The translations under genes and the position numbers were made by a program. Positions 34,768 through 42,897 of a DNA stretch of 42,897 nt are shown one piece after another (the stretch's first letter is position 1; each line of letters begins with the position of its first letter). Origin of the DNA: a virus (taxonomy: Duplodnaviria > Caudoviricetes). The notes below the pieces were generated by a model that was not told where the DNA came from, ran no database searches, and worked only from the letters and a program-made list of their open reading frames with translations. Location of the stretch: positions 1-42,897 of IMG/VR virus record IMGVR_UViG_3300010358_000005, one strand, 5' to 3'.

Positions 34768-36491
34768 CAGCCAGACCCCTCGTAGTAGAAACCGGCGTAG
34801 GTCAAGTTGGATCCCACACGGGTTGCGCTTGGAGCATTAGCCGTGTTGAACCAAAGCGCCAACTGATCATTGGCGGCGCAGTAGATGTAGTCGTTGGAGT
34901 AATACGACAAGATTCCGTTGACCGTAGTGGTTCGGATGTCGTTGGTCTGGCTGTAGCCCACACCGTTCTGCTGCAACACGATGGCAGCACCAACAGCCAA
35001 CGACGCTGTGGAGTACTGCACACCTATCTGGCTCATGGCGTGATACCAGCCAGCAACCGGACAGGTGAAAATGCCCGAGGTAAGGTTGTAGAAGGTGTAG
35101 TCGTCCTTGGTCATCGAGTCAAAGACGAAGAGGGTGCTGGATGCGTTAGCCGTCCAGGTAGCATTCCGGTAGACCCGGCTGCGTATCACATCCCTGGCTC
35201 TGTACCAGTTCCCACCCTTGACGCCGTTCTTGGCAATCCAGACTTCCCCGGTCGGGTCTGTGTACGTCTGCACAGTCGAGCCACTGGTAACGACAGCAGG
35301 CAGGTTAGGAGTACGAGCATCCACATAAGCCTTGCTCGTCATGTCGCCAGGCTGGACCGCTGCCGGGGTACTCGGCCCGATCATCACCACAACATTCACG
35401 TTGTTGGGCATGCTCTGTGCCACGCTGATACGGATGTTGTTGGAGTCAACGATCTGTACCTGGGCCTCAACCAGTTGCGTGGTCACGGCGTCCCACAACT
35501 GCACGATGACCTGAGTGCTGTTGAGCCTGTGGTTCACCACATAAGGAGATCCAGCTTGCACCGCAGGTACAGTTTGGTAGTAGGTCAGGTAGTAAACGTT
35601 GGAGGCCGTGGGGCCCGGAGTACCGCCGCCCGAGCTCACCACCACCGTGACGTTGTTGGGCGGGGCCTGGGAGAAGAGGACAGCGACCTGGTTGTTGTTG
35701 ACCGCCGCCACCTGGCCCTGGATCAGCAAGTGGGTGACCGAGTCCCAGAGTTGCACCAAGGGAGCAGTGGTATTGAGGTTGTGGCTCAAGGTGTAGGTGG
35801 TGTTGGCCGCAGGCGAGACGATGGACCCGGACCAGGGGCCCGTTGGTGCCGCTCCTGCTGGAGGCGAGCCGCCCGTGCTGATCACCACCGTCACATTGTT
35901 GGGTGGAGCCTGGGTGAAGCTGGCGTTGATGGAGTTGGCATTGACCACCGTGATCTGGCCCACAATTTGGGTGAGCGTCACGGCGTCGTACATCTGCACA
36001 ATGGGGGTGTTAGTGCCCAGGTTGTGAGTCAGGGTGTAGTTGGTGAGTGCAGCCGGGGTGGTAATAGTTCCCGTCCAGGGACCAACCGGTGAAGCAACCG
36101 TAGAAGTCGAGATACCACCAACTACCACCGTGACGTTGTTGGCAGGCTGCGAAGAAAATGAAACCTGGATCTGATTGGCGTTGAGAACAGTGACCTGACC
36201 GAGGATCTGCGACAGGGTGACGGCATCCCACATCTGCACGAAGGGCGTGGTGGTGTTGAGGTTGTGGGTCAGCGTGTAAGGCGAGCCCGCCACCGTAGGA
36301 GAGGTGATGGTCCCCACCCAGGACGGTGCCCCACCTCCTCCTCCACCTCCACCGGCACTGGCGACCCAGTTGGTCCCGTCCGAGATGTAGAAGATCTTGC
36401 TGGTGGTGTTCCAGTAGGTGTCACCGGATGCCCCGACTGCGGGAGCGCTGGCGTAGGGGGCGGTATTAGTGATGCCGTAAGAGCGAGGCAT
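34767..36491 (-). CDS. tail fibre / receptor-binding protein with four HNLN-type repeats and a C-terminal C1q-like domain
   Basis: GDTYWNT, 4x Y..(T/S/N)H(N/R)L(N/G)..VQ.(W/Y)D.VT, KAYVD, YTDPTGEVW, FTCPVAGWY. Confidence 0.75.
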   Translation of the reverse strand: MPRSYGITNTAPYASAPAVGASGDTYWNTTSKIFYISDGTNWVASAGGGGGGGGAPSWVGTITSPTVAGSPYTLTHNLNTTTPFVQMWDAVTLSQILGQVTVLNANQIQVSFSSQPANNVTVVVGGISTSTVASPVGPWTGTITTPAALTNYTLTHNLGTNTPIVQMYDAVTLTQIVGQITVVNANSINASFTQAPPNNVTVVISTGGSPPAGAAPTGPWSGSIVSPAANTTYTLSHNLNTTAPLVQLWDSVTHLLIQGQVAAVNNNQVAVLFSQAPPNNVTVVVSSGGGTPGPTASNVYYLTYYQTVPAVQAGSPYVVNHRLNSTQVIVQLWDAVTTQLVEAQVQIVDSNNIRISVAQSMPNNVNVVVMIGPSTPAAVQPGDMTSKAYVDARTPNLPAVVTSGSTVQTYTDPTGEVWIAKNGVKGGNWYRARDVIRSRVYRNATWTANASSTLFVFDSMTKDDYTFYNLTSGIFTCPVAGWYHAMSQIGVQYSTASLAVGAAIVLQQNGVGYSQTNDIRTTTVNGILSYYSNDYIYCAANDQLALWFNTANAPSATRVGSNLTYAGFYYEGSG

Positions 36492-36494
36492 TTT

Positions 36495-38189
36495 CTATCC
36501 CATCACCACCACTCGATATCCGGCTCCCAAGGTGGGGTTGTACAAGATGCTCACCGTATTTACTGAAGTCGCCTGCCAGTCCACCTGAATCATGGCATAC
36601 GGGGTGTTACTGCTATGAACCATCACGATCACGTCCTGTGTATTGAGGTTGTGGGTGACCACTTCAGGGGAAGCAGTACCAGCCAGAGCGGCGGCATAGG
36701 AACGAACCGTGCCCCCAGGAGGTGCTGACCAGGTACCGTCCGCTCGCAGGAAGTTGGTGGTGCCGCCCGCCGAGGCCGGGACAGCACCGATGGCTGACCC
36801 GGCGAAGGTGGCGATGGAGATCGTCGGGTTACCTGCTACACCATCCGGGTTCGCCACCGAGATGGGCAGGGTGCCAGCGAAGGTGCGAGCCGCTCCGGTA
36901 CCGGTGCCGGTGCGTGACCACAGACCGTTGGTGGCGTTGCTAGCCAGCGCTGTGAGGTCAGAGTCCAGAGGCTGATAGCCACCGGTCACGAAGGCCTGGG
37001 TGGCGATGACAGTGGTGTCGACGTTGATCGCCGCACCGACCGTGATGCCGGTGCCCGCCACCGCAGCGAAGACGTTGCCAGTCAGGCTCAAGCCGCTGCC
37101 AGCGGTATAAGTGCCGCCCCCGGAGAACTGCACGAAGGTCAGGTTGGTGCTGTTGATGGTGATGGGAGCGTTGGTGGTGCAGACCCAGGCTGTGTCTGCT
37201 TGGGTGGTGCCCTCCTGGATATAAGCCGCCATGTTCAGCACTTCAGCGGCAGCGTCAGCATCGGTGGAGCGGGCCCAGGCTCCTGCCGCCACCACATAGA
37301 TACCGTTCTGACTGGCTGTGGTTTGGTTTTTGACCAGGATGCGGTCATTGGCGATCAGGGCCACACCATCCACGGTCATGGTGCCAGTCAGGGCAGCGAT
37401 GTTGGCCGTCGAAGCCGCTCTGGCCGGGGCCTTCCAGGACAGACCAGCGATGGCATTATCGACGTAGTTCTTGGTGGCAGCCTGCTGAGCCGTAGTGGGG
37501 TCCAACACATTGTTGATGTTGAAGTTGCCCATGTTGATAGCAGCAGTCGCAGTAGCGAAGGCTGAGATCGGAATGGTCGAGTGGTCAGCCGCCAGGTGGG
37601 TGGGGTTGCCATGGGTATGGTCCGAACGAGGCAGCGAGGTTGCGGACCCAGCCGCAGAGCTCGTACCGAAGGCTGTCTCGGCTGTGGGTGCAGCGAAGAC
37701 CGGCATGCCGTGCCGGTGGTCGTCCTTGGAGGGAAGCGTGCCTGCGCCGAGGGTGGCAACGTCACCAATGGCTGCCGTGGTGGGAGCATTACCGGTTAGC
37801 GAAGGAGAACCATGAGTGTGGTCAGAGCGAGCTACCGTCGCTGCTGAACCCACGTTGACGGCCAACCCGTAAGTCGTTTCGGCTGGGGGTGCGCTGCCCG
37901 AGAAGTTGGGCATGCCATGGAGGTGATCCTCACGGGCGTAGTTGACACTCGCACCAACAATGGGCGTACTGCCAATCGCTTCAGTGGTAACTGTGGACGC
38001 CGGGGTGAGCGACGAACCTGACATGGCCGAAATCCAGGCCGATCCGTTCCACCACTTAAGGATCTGATTAGCGGAGTCGTACCAAAGTTGCCCATTGAGA
38101 GGTGAGGAGGGAGCCGATCCCAGGTTCTGGACGACAGCGTTACGAAGCTCATTCTTCGACAGGTCAATAGCGCCGTAGAAGGTGGGCAT
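36495..38189 (-). CDS. tail fibre-like structural protein
   Basis: GQLWYDS, 4x DHxHG.P, AATKNYVD, WK.PARAAST.NI..DGV..DRILVKNQT..NGIY, FLRADGTW, THNLNT. Confidence 0.75.
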   Translation of the reverse strand: MPTFYGAIDLSKNELRNAVVQNLGSAPSSPLNGQLWYDSANQILKWWNGSAWISAMSGSSLTPASTVTTEAIGSTPIVGASVNYAREDHLHGMPNFSGSAPPAETTYGLAVNVGSAATVARSDHTHGSPSLTGNAPTTAAIGDVATLGAGTLPSKDDHRHGMPVFAAPTAETAFGTSSAAGSATSLPRSDHTHGNPTHLAADHSTIPISAFATATAAINMGNFNINNVLDPTTAQQAATKNYVDNAIAGLSWKAPARAASTANIAALTGTMTVDGVALIANDRILVKNQTTASQNGIYVVAAGAWARSTDADAAAEVLNMAAYIQEGTTQADTAWVCTTNAPITINSTNLTFVQFSGGGTYTAGSGLSLTGNVFAAVAGTGITVGAAINVDTTVIATQAFVTGGYQPLDSDLTALASNATNGLWSRTGTGTGAARTFAGTLPISVANPDGVAGNPTISIATFAGSAIGAVPASAGGTTNFLRADGTWSAPPGGTVRSYAAALAGTASPEVVTHNLNTQDVIVMVHSSNTPYAMIQVDWQATSVNTVSILYNPTLGAGYRVVVMG

Positions 38190-38197
38190 GGTCGCTC

Positions 38198-38737
38198 CTA
38201 ACTCAGGTATGCCGTGCCGCCCACGGCAGCCGAGAACGTCAGTTGCACAGTGGTTGCGTTGGGGTAGGTCAGATCACCGGGGTAGATCTCATGACCGGCT
38301 GAGTCCACCACTGTCACGTTGGGGTAGAAGGAGAGGCCGTGGGTGATCGTCCAGGTCGTCGCCGCCGTGGCCTGCGACCAGACGTAGCTCAGCGTCTGAG
38401 TACCACCGGTCCCAGGGGGCCCCTGAGGGCCCTGTGGGCCCGCTGGTCCCTGTGGGCCCTGGGGTCCAGGTGGTCCCGGTTCGCCGCCTCCACCGGACTG
38501 CTGGGGCATGTAGGTGGGATGCGTAGCGTCCCCACCCTGGAACATGCACCACACCTGGGTGCCTACGTCAGGGGGTGAGGGTGAGTCCGACAGGGGCCAG
38601 GCCCAGATACGGTTGGGGGTGGTCCCGAAAATCTGCGGGATGATCAACTGGACCCGGTTCATGTGCAGCGGGTCACTGTTACTGAAGACCCTGGCCGGGT
38701 AGACACCGGGGTAGGTGGTGGCGGCGCTAAGAGACAT
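38198..38737 (-). CDS. baseplate spike (gpV-like OB fold) with collagen-like repeat
   Basis: YPARV...DP...RV..IP, WA.P, PDVGTQVWCMFQGGD...P; (GPx)n. Confidence 0.75.
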   Translation of the reverse strand: MSLSAATTYPGVYPARVFSNSDPLHMNRVQLIIPQIFGTTPNRIWAWPLSDSPSPPDVGTQVWCMFQGGDATHPTYMPQQSGGGGEPGPPGPQGPQGPAGPQGPQGPPGTGGTQTLSYVWSQATAATTWTITHGLSFYPNVTVVDSAGHEIYPGDLTYPNATTVQLTFSAAVGGTAYLS

Positions 38738-39920
38738 TGGACACGAAGTTGTTGGAGGCACGCCAGCGCCGGTTCACGAGCACGGTCTTGGGTGCATTGA
38801 CTGCGGAGTAGGTGAGAGGATCGTTGAGGGAGTAGGCCGTGCCGGTGGTGGCTGCGGGCCGAGCTCCACTGTCGCCCTTACTGTCCCGGCCCAGGCACAC
38901 GTCCATGGCGTAGCCCTCCGCAGTGATCTTGTGGTCGACCTCCTGGACCCACCACACCCCGTCATTGGTGGCGTCGATGCCCTTCAGGATGATGGGCACC
39001 CCCTGCTTGACCCAGGTCAGACCAACCAGGGTGGCCGTGGCCTGGTAAGCCCAGCGATGGGTCTGCGACATACCATCCACAATGGCCTGGGCGTGACCCT
39101 GGCTATCGGCCACCTGGTCTGAGATCTGCTCCCCGAAGAAGGGATACGTCGAGCTCGCCCCAAGCTGGCTGGTGAGCAGGTTGGAGCCGTCGTTGTAAGC
39201 AGTGACGATTTGGCCGGTGACCAGGTTGATGCCGTTGATGGAGCGCAGCGACTTGGTCTTAGGGAAGGACTCCCCCGTCAGTGCCTGGAACCGGGTGATG
39301 CCCTGCTGGGCAAAGGAGTTGGCTGTATTGCGGGTGTGGAAGACCGGCATGTTGACCCAGCGCTGGCGCAGGGCCGTCTCCACTGACACGAAGCGGAGCA
39401 GGGTCTTGTTGCAGGAGACGGTGTAGCCGGTCTGAGCAGCCATCTGATTTATGAACGACCAGGCCGACATGCCCGGTGAGGCCAGGTGAGGCCAGACGAA
39501 GTCACTGCTGTCCACCAGGAGAGCAAGCAGGTATTTCTTGGCTAGCTGGCTGACCACGAAGGAGGCCTGGGTGTTGTTAAAAGTGCCCACGAAGGGATCC
39601 TTCATGACATAGCTGGCCCCCAGGCAGACCACGTCGTTGTAAATCAGGGGCTGCTGGTGGGAGCGGTCGTATTTTGCCTCCACATGGTCGATGTAGCCGT
39701 AGAACCAGTCGAGATCCATGGGGTTCCAGCCGTAGACCAGCTTCACCGGGATACCCGGCTGGAGCTCCGGGGCCGAGGTCGGAGTATCTCTCAAGGTGAT
39801 GATGGCGGTATCGTGCAAGCCCTCGCTCATGACGACATGCACCTCGCTGGTGGTCTTGGCCTTGTTGACCCCACCAGGATCGAAGGTGGCCGTGCCCAGA
39901 GCTCGTAGCGTGCCGCTCAT
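38727..39920 (-). CDS. baseplate hub (gpD-like) protein
   Basis: L.YGW..FYGYI, S.W.F...A...GY, DGVWWVQEVDH; lies between LysM and spike genes. Confidence 0.7.
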   Translation of the reverse strand: MSGTLRALGTATFDPGGVNKAKTTSEVHVVMSEGLHDTAIITLRDTPTSAPELQPGIPVKLVYGWNPMDLDWFYGYIDHVEAKYDRSHQQPLIYNDVVCLGASYVMKDPFVGTFNNTQASFVVSQLAKKYLLALLVDSSDFVWPHLASPGMSAWSFINQMAAQTGYTVSCNKTLLRFVSVETALRQRWVNMPVFHTRNTANSFAQQGITRFQALTGESFPKTKSLRSINGINLVTGQIVTAYNDGSNLLTSQLGASSTYPFFGEQISDQVADSQGHAQAIVDGMSQTHRWAYQATATLVGLTWVKQGVPIILKGIDATNDGVWWVQEVDHKITAEGYAMDVCLGRDSKGDSGARPAATTGTAYSLNDPLTYSAVNAPKTVLVNRRWRASNNFVSNVS

Positions 39921-40192
39921 GCCGCAGGGATCCTGATGATCGAGCCCGGTATGAGGTTCTCCGGGTAGAAAACCTCAGGGTTGATGCGGGCGATTTTCCA
40001 CCAGTAGTCAGGCACGCCATAGAGCATGGAGGCGATGATGTCCCAGCGGTCCCCGGCCCTCACCGTGTAGTAAACGAAGGGCCCAGGGGATACCTGCGGA
40101 GGGGCGTAGACCGCAGTGACGTTCTTGCCGTCACTGTTGGTCACCGGCACCACAGCTTGCCCCATGTAACGGGAACCGACCAGGATCGCCAC
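39917..40192 (-). CDS. LysM / tail-X-like baseplate protein
   Basis: YTVRAGDRWDIIASMLYG...WWKIARINP...L.PG..IRIP. Confidence 0.8.
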   Translation of the reverse strand: MAILVGSRYMGQAVVPVTNSDGKNVTAVYAPPQVSPGPFVYYTVRAGDRWDIIASMLYGVPDYWWKIARINPEVFYPENLIPGSIIRIPAA

Positions 40193-41796
40193 TAGATGCC
40201 CCCGTACTGTGTCCTCTGGACAGGGCTGCCATAGCCACTGTTGCCAGTCCTGCCAAGTCCAGTGGTGGCGTTGAAGCCACCGGTGGACTGCGGCATGAAC
40301 ACTGTCCCGGTCTGACCGGTGGCATCGATAAAGGGCTGCATGAGATCCTGACCCGAGAGTTGGGGCAGGTAGTACTTCATGATGCTGATGTCACAAGAGG
40401 CTTCGATGGGGATCATGTTGGCGTCGAAGCGGGTGTACTCATACTCGATGGAGCCGATCTGACCCTGGAACCGGTAGGAGTTGGGGCCCCCGAAGACCAC
40501 CTGGACCGGCAGAGCCACCGGAGGGTTCTGACCAGCGCCGTAGTTACCCAGCCCCATGTCACCCCTGATGCTGCTGCCCTTCGACCACTCTGCGGTGGCG
40601 TCGTACATGCCCACCAAGCGCTCGATGGCCCGGATGTCCCAGCGACAGCCGATGTCAGAGGGGCCAGGGATGTTCCCCTGCCACACCTCATACATACGGT
40701 TGAAGATCAAGGTGAAGGTGACTGTCTGCAACGCCATCCAGAAGGAGCCCGAGGTCATGGCCGTAGGGTCGGTCTGAGTGGGAGCCGTGGCGTCAGTCTG
40801 GATGGAACAGGAAACATCGATGGTTTCCGGGTTCATCATGAAATAGACAGCGAAGGGTTTCCCACCCTTGCGGGAGACATAGGAGTTCGGATCATTGACC
40901 TGGGCATCAGCGGTCTTCAGCACCTTGAGCTCTACCATGCCGCCTCGCACCAGCGGTGACCCTGGCAGTACGGTGGGGTTCACCCTGGCCGTAGCGCCCT
41001 TTGGGAGATAACCCAGGTTGCTACCCGTTAGTATTTGCGACTGGAAATAGGCCGAGAAGGGGAGGTTGTTTCGGGGATCGGTGAGATCCGCCAGCAGGTT
41101 CTGGCGAGCCTGGTCTGAATCAGGAGCATTGGTGGCTCCAATGGTGGGCCCATTCTGCTGACCGGTGCCCTTACCACTATTTGCACCTCCACCCCCGCCA
41201 CCGACCTTTGCCGATCCTGAGCTACCACCCCCTGTTACTCGCTTGATTCCACGCAGAGGCTCAGCAGCATCGCCAGTGGTGTCGATGTCTGCATCCATCC
41301 GAACCGGTTTGCCTTGTGATGGGGCCTCCACCATCTGCCCCCCACCTATGCCCCCGGTATACATCTTGACGTGCTGCTGGTTAGGGTCAGCACCGGGTCT
41401 GTAATACAGGAACATGTCCCCCACTTCCAGCTTGGAAGTGTCAACGGAACCGGGGGCATACTGGATCCCTTGGGGGCCCTGAGCTCCCTGGAGGCCGTCA
41501 TACACCACCGTGGTGACGTTCTGATCGTCCCAGATAGCTGCCACATTGTGAGGGATCGTGATGTTGGCACCCTGACTGTAAGCAAAGACCATCAGCCCGG
41601 AACAGTCGAAAGTATCTGGGCCCGACGAGCCCCAGCCATACATCTTTCCCACTTGCTTGACCGCAACCGCAGCAGCGGCATCACCAGGCTTGGTCGAGGG
41701 AGAGATGCCGTAAGAAGCCTGATTGGCAGCTATTGCCTGCTGCTGTTGTTTCGCCTGACCGGGGTCATCGGGGATGATTCGGGTAACTGGTGGCAT
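40192..41796 (-). CDS. NlpC/P60 peptidase fused to a tail-tube-initiator-like domain
   Basis: QVGKMYGWG..GPDTFDCSGL, HVKMY.G, MVEAP; FMMNPETI, V.F.L.F, V.VVFG, YTRFD.NM.P. Confidence 0.75.
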   Translation of the reverse strand: MPPVTRIIPDDPGQAKQQQQAIAANQASYGISPSTKPGDAAAAVAVKQVGKMYGWGSSGPDTFDCSGLMVFAYSQGANITIPHNVAAIWDDQNVTTVVYDGLQGAQGPQGIQYAPGSVDTSKLEVGDMFLYYRPGADPNQQHVKMYTGGIGGGQMVEAPSQGKPVRMDADIDTTGDAAEPLRGIKRVTGGGSSGSAKVGGGGGGANSGKGTGQQNGPTIGATNAPDSDQARQNLLADLTDPRNNLPFSAYFQSQILTGSNLGYLPKGATARVNPTVLPGSPLVRGGMVELKVLKTADAQVNDPNSYVSRKGGKPFAVYFMMNPETIDVSCSIQTDATAPTQTDPTAMTSGSFWMALQTVTFTLIFNRMYEVWQGNIPGPSDIGCRWDIRAIERLVGMYDATAEWSKGSSIRGDMGLGNYGAGQNPPVALPVQVVFGGPNSYRFQGQIGSIEYEYTRFDANMIPIEASCDISIMKYYLPQLSGQDLMQPFIDATGQTGTVFMPQSTGGFNATTGLGRTGNSGYGSPVQRTQYGGI

Positions 41797-42897
41797 CAGG
41801 TGCTCCTCACCGCTTTAAGAAGTGACGGCTTGGAAATAGCCCCCACAAATTGTTTCGCCATGTTGTCAAAGTCGGTCTGCTTCGCATCAGGAGGAACCTG
41901 CAAGACAATGGATCCAGGCTTGAAATGCAGGACGACGTTGAAGTTCCCGCCACCCTGAGCTCCAGCCCGGTTGTAGGGCGAGGCCGAGTAGTTGTCGGCT
42001 GCCGGGACCACAGCCTCACCCTTGTGTAGCAAGGCCAACATATTCCGGTCTACAAGTTGAGTGCCTCGTGCGAATGAGCCCGTACCCCAGGTTCGCAGAC
42101 CCGCCTCCTGGCCGGTCATGCCTTTACCCGACATCAGAGCAGCGACGATGTCCGAGTAAAAACCATTATTAAGGGTGGTGACGGTAGCCTGGAAGCCTTG
42201 CTGCCAAGAGGTGTAGGCCTGGACCCCGTGACCACCACCCAAGTTGTTCATCGAGGTTGAACCCGGCTCATCTTGAGTGGTGTTCAACGGGTTGTAATAC
42301 GCCGTGTTGTGCCAGTGGCCTCCCTCTTTGTTCTCCCACTTAACCAGGGACGCCACGTTGGCATCGGTAACCGGCGCACCCAACGACTTGAGCAACTGCT
42401 TGGCCCAGGAGGTTTGGTCGTACTGTCCACCCGCTGGAGCAGGGGTACCACTCCCACCACCCCCGGTACCGGAGCCGGTGCCAGAGCCCCCGCCTGAAGA
42501 ATCTCCTGTACTTCCTGAGCCTCCTCCAGTGGACTGTGACTTGTTGTGCAGGAAGGCGGCTGTCAAATCAACGGGAGAAGCATTGTTCATGAAATAGTTC
42601 CAGGCATATGGACTACCTGGAGCAGTCATGGCGCTCATGGTTTGCGCCGCTGCCGGGGTACCGCCGAAGAAGGAACTCAGGATGCCACCCAGCCCGCCGC
42701 CCCCACCGAACAGAGCAGGAGCTATTAAGCCACCCATCGAGGAGAGCGCTCCCCCGATAGCACCGAAGATCCCGCCGCCTCCACCATGACCGGTTTTCCC
42801 AGGGGCCCCGCCTGCGGTAAGAGCGGTGAGCACGGCATGCTGAGGAGGCTTGGAGAGCAGTACCTCTAACGCACTGCCCTTGGGAGGCTTGGCCGAG
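41796..42897 (-). CDS. tape-measure protein C-terminus with putative lysozyme-like domain (5'-partial)
   Basis: Frame open to the window edge; Gly-rich; W...EGG, YNPLNTT, VQAY.SW..G..AT, A.G..ALLHKGEAVVPA. Confidence 0.7.
   Translation of the reverse strand, partial: SAKPPKGSALEVLLSKPPQHAVLTALTAGGAPGKTGHGGGGGIFGAIGGALSSMGGLIAPALFGGGGGLGGILSSFFGGTPAAAQTMSAMTAPGSPYAWNYFMNNASPVDLTAAFLHNKSQSTGGGSGSTGDSSGGGSGTGSGTGGGGSGTPAPAGGQYDQTSWAKQLLKSLGAPVTDANVASLVKWENKEGGHWHNTAYYNPLNTTQDEPGSTSMNNLGGGHGVQAYTSWQQGFQATVTTLNNGFYSDIVAALMSGKGMTGQEAGLRTWGTGSFARGTQLVDRNMLALLHKGEAVVPAADNYSASPYNRAGAQGGGNFNVVLHFKPGSIVLQVPPDAKQTDFDNMAKQFVGAISKPSLLKAVRST

Noticed and set aside
34740-36092. 450-aa plus-strand ORF and other long antisense ORFs (e.g. 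3181..4173, 23709..24638)
   Set aside because: Shadow frames opposite well-supported genes in GC-rich DNA, with no motifs.
32518-36491. Diversity-generating retroelement or shufflon
   Set aside because: No reverse transcriptase, no TR/VR pair differing at adenines, no invertase; all modules lie in the same orientation.

Overview
A fragment of a large, GC-rich (roughly 60-65% by eye) tailed phage genome. The baseplate-type genes suggest a contractile tail, and many leaderless TANNNT promoters suggest an actinobacterial-type host (inference). Left part (1-10.5 kb): divergently transcribed small early-type genes, including an ArdC-like antirestriction protein and an arginase-fold protein, with repeated promoter and leader motifs. 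Middle (10.4-28.5 kb): dCTP deaminase, HNH endonuclease, a degenerate TGT-like protein, a KTSC-like protein, a GHKL ATPase with a HEXXH motif, a paralogous gene pair and candidate small RNAs. Right (28.5-42.9 kb): virion and tail genes (IPT/TIG proteins, a tandem array of C1q-like modules, tail fibre, spike, hub, LysM, NlpC/P60 fusion, tape-measure C-terminus). Main finding: in a minus-strand operon (15.5-20.0 kb), seven otherwise unrelated proteins (two GNAT-like, one Arr-like ADP-ribosyltransferase, two ParB-like, two short peptides) begin with the same 10-12 aa leader, M[ST]x2-4[LMF][NS]x1-2Q[FL]. This suggests a shared targeting or processing tag for a set of effector enzymes. A hand scan also found no CGCG, CAGCTS/SAGCTG, YTCGAR or CTGCAG, but about 100 GAGCTC. 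All product calls come from motif recognition by eye; no searches were run.
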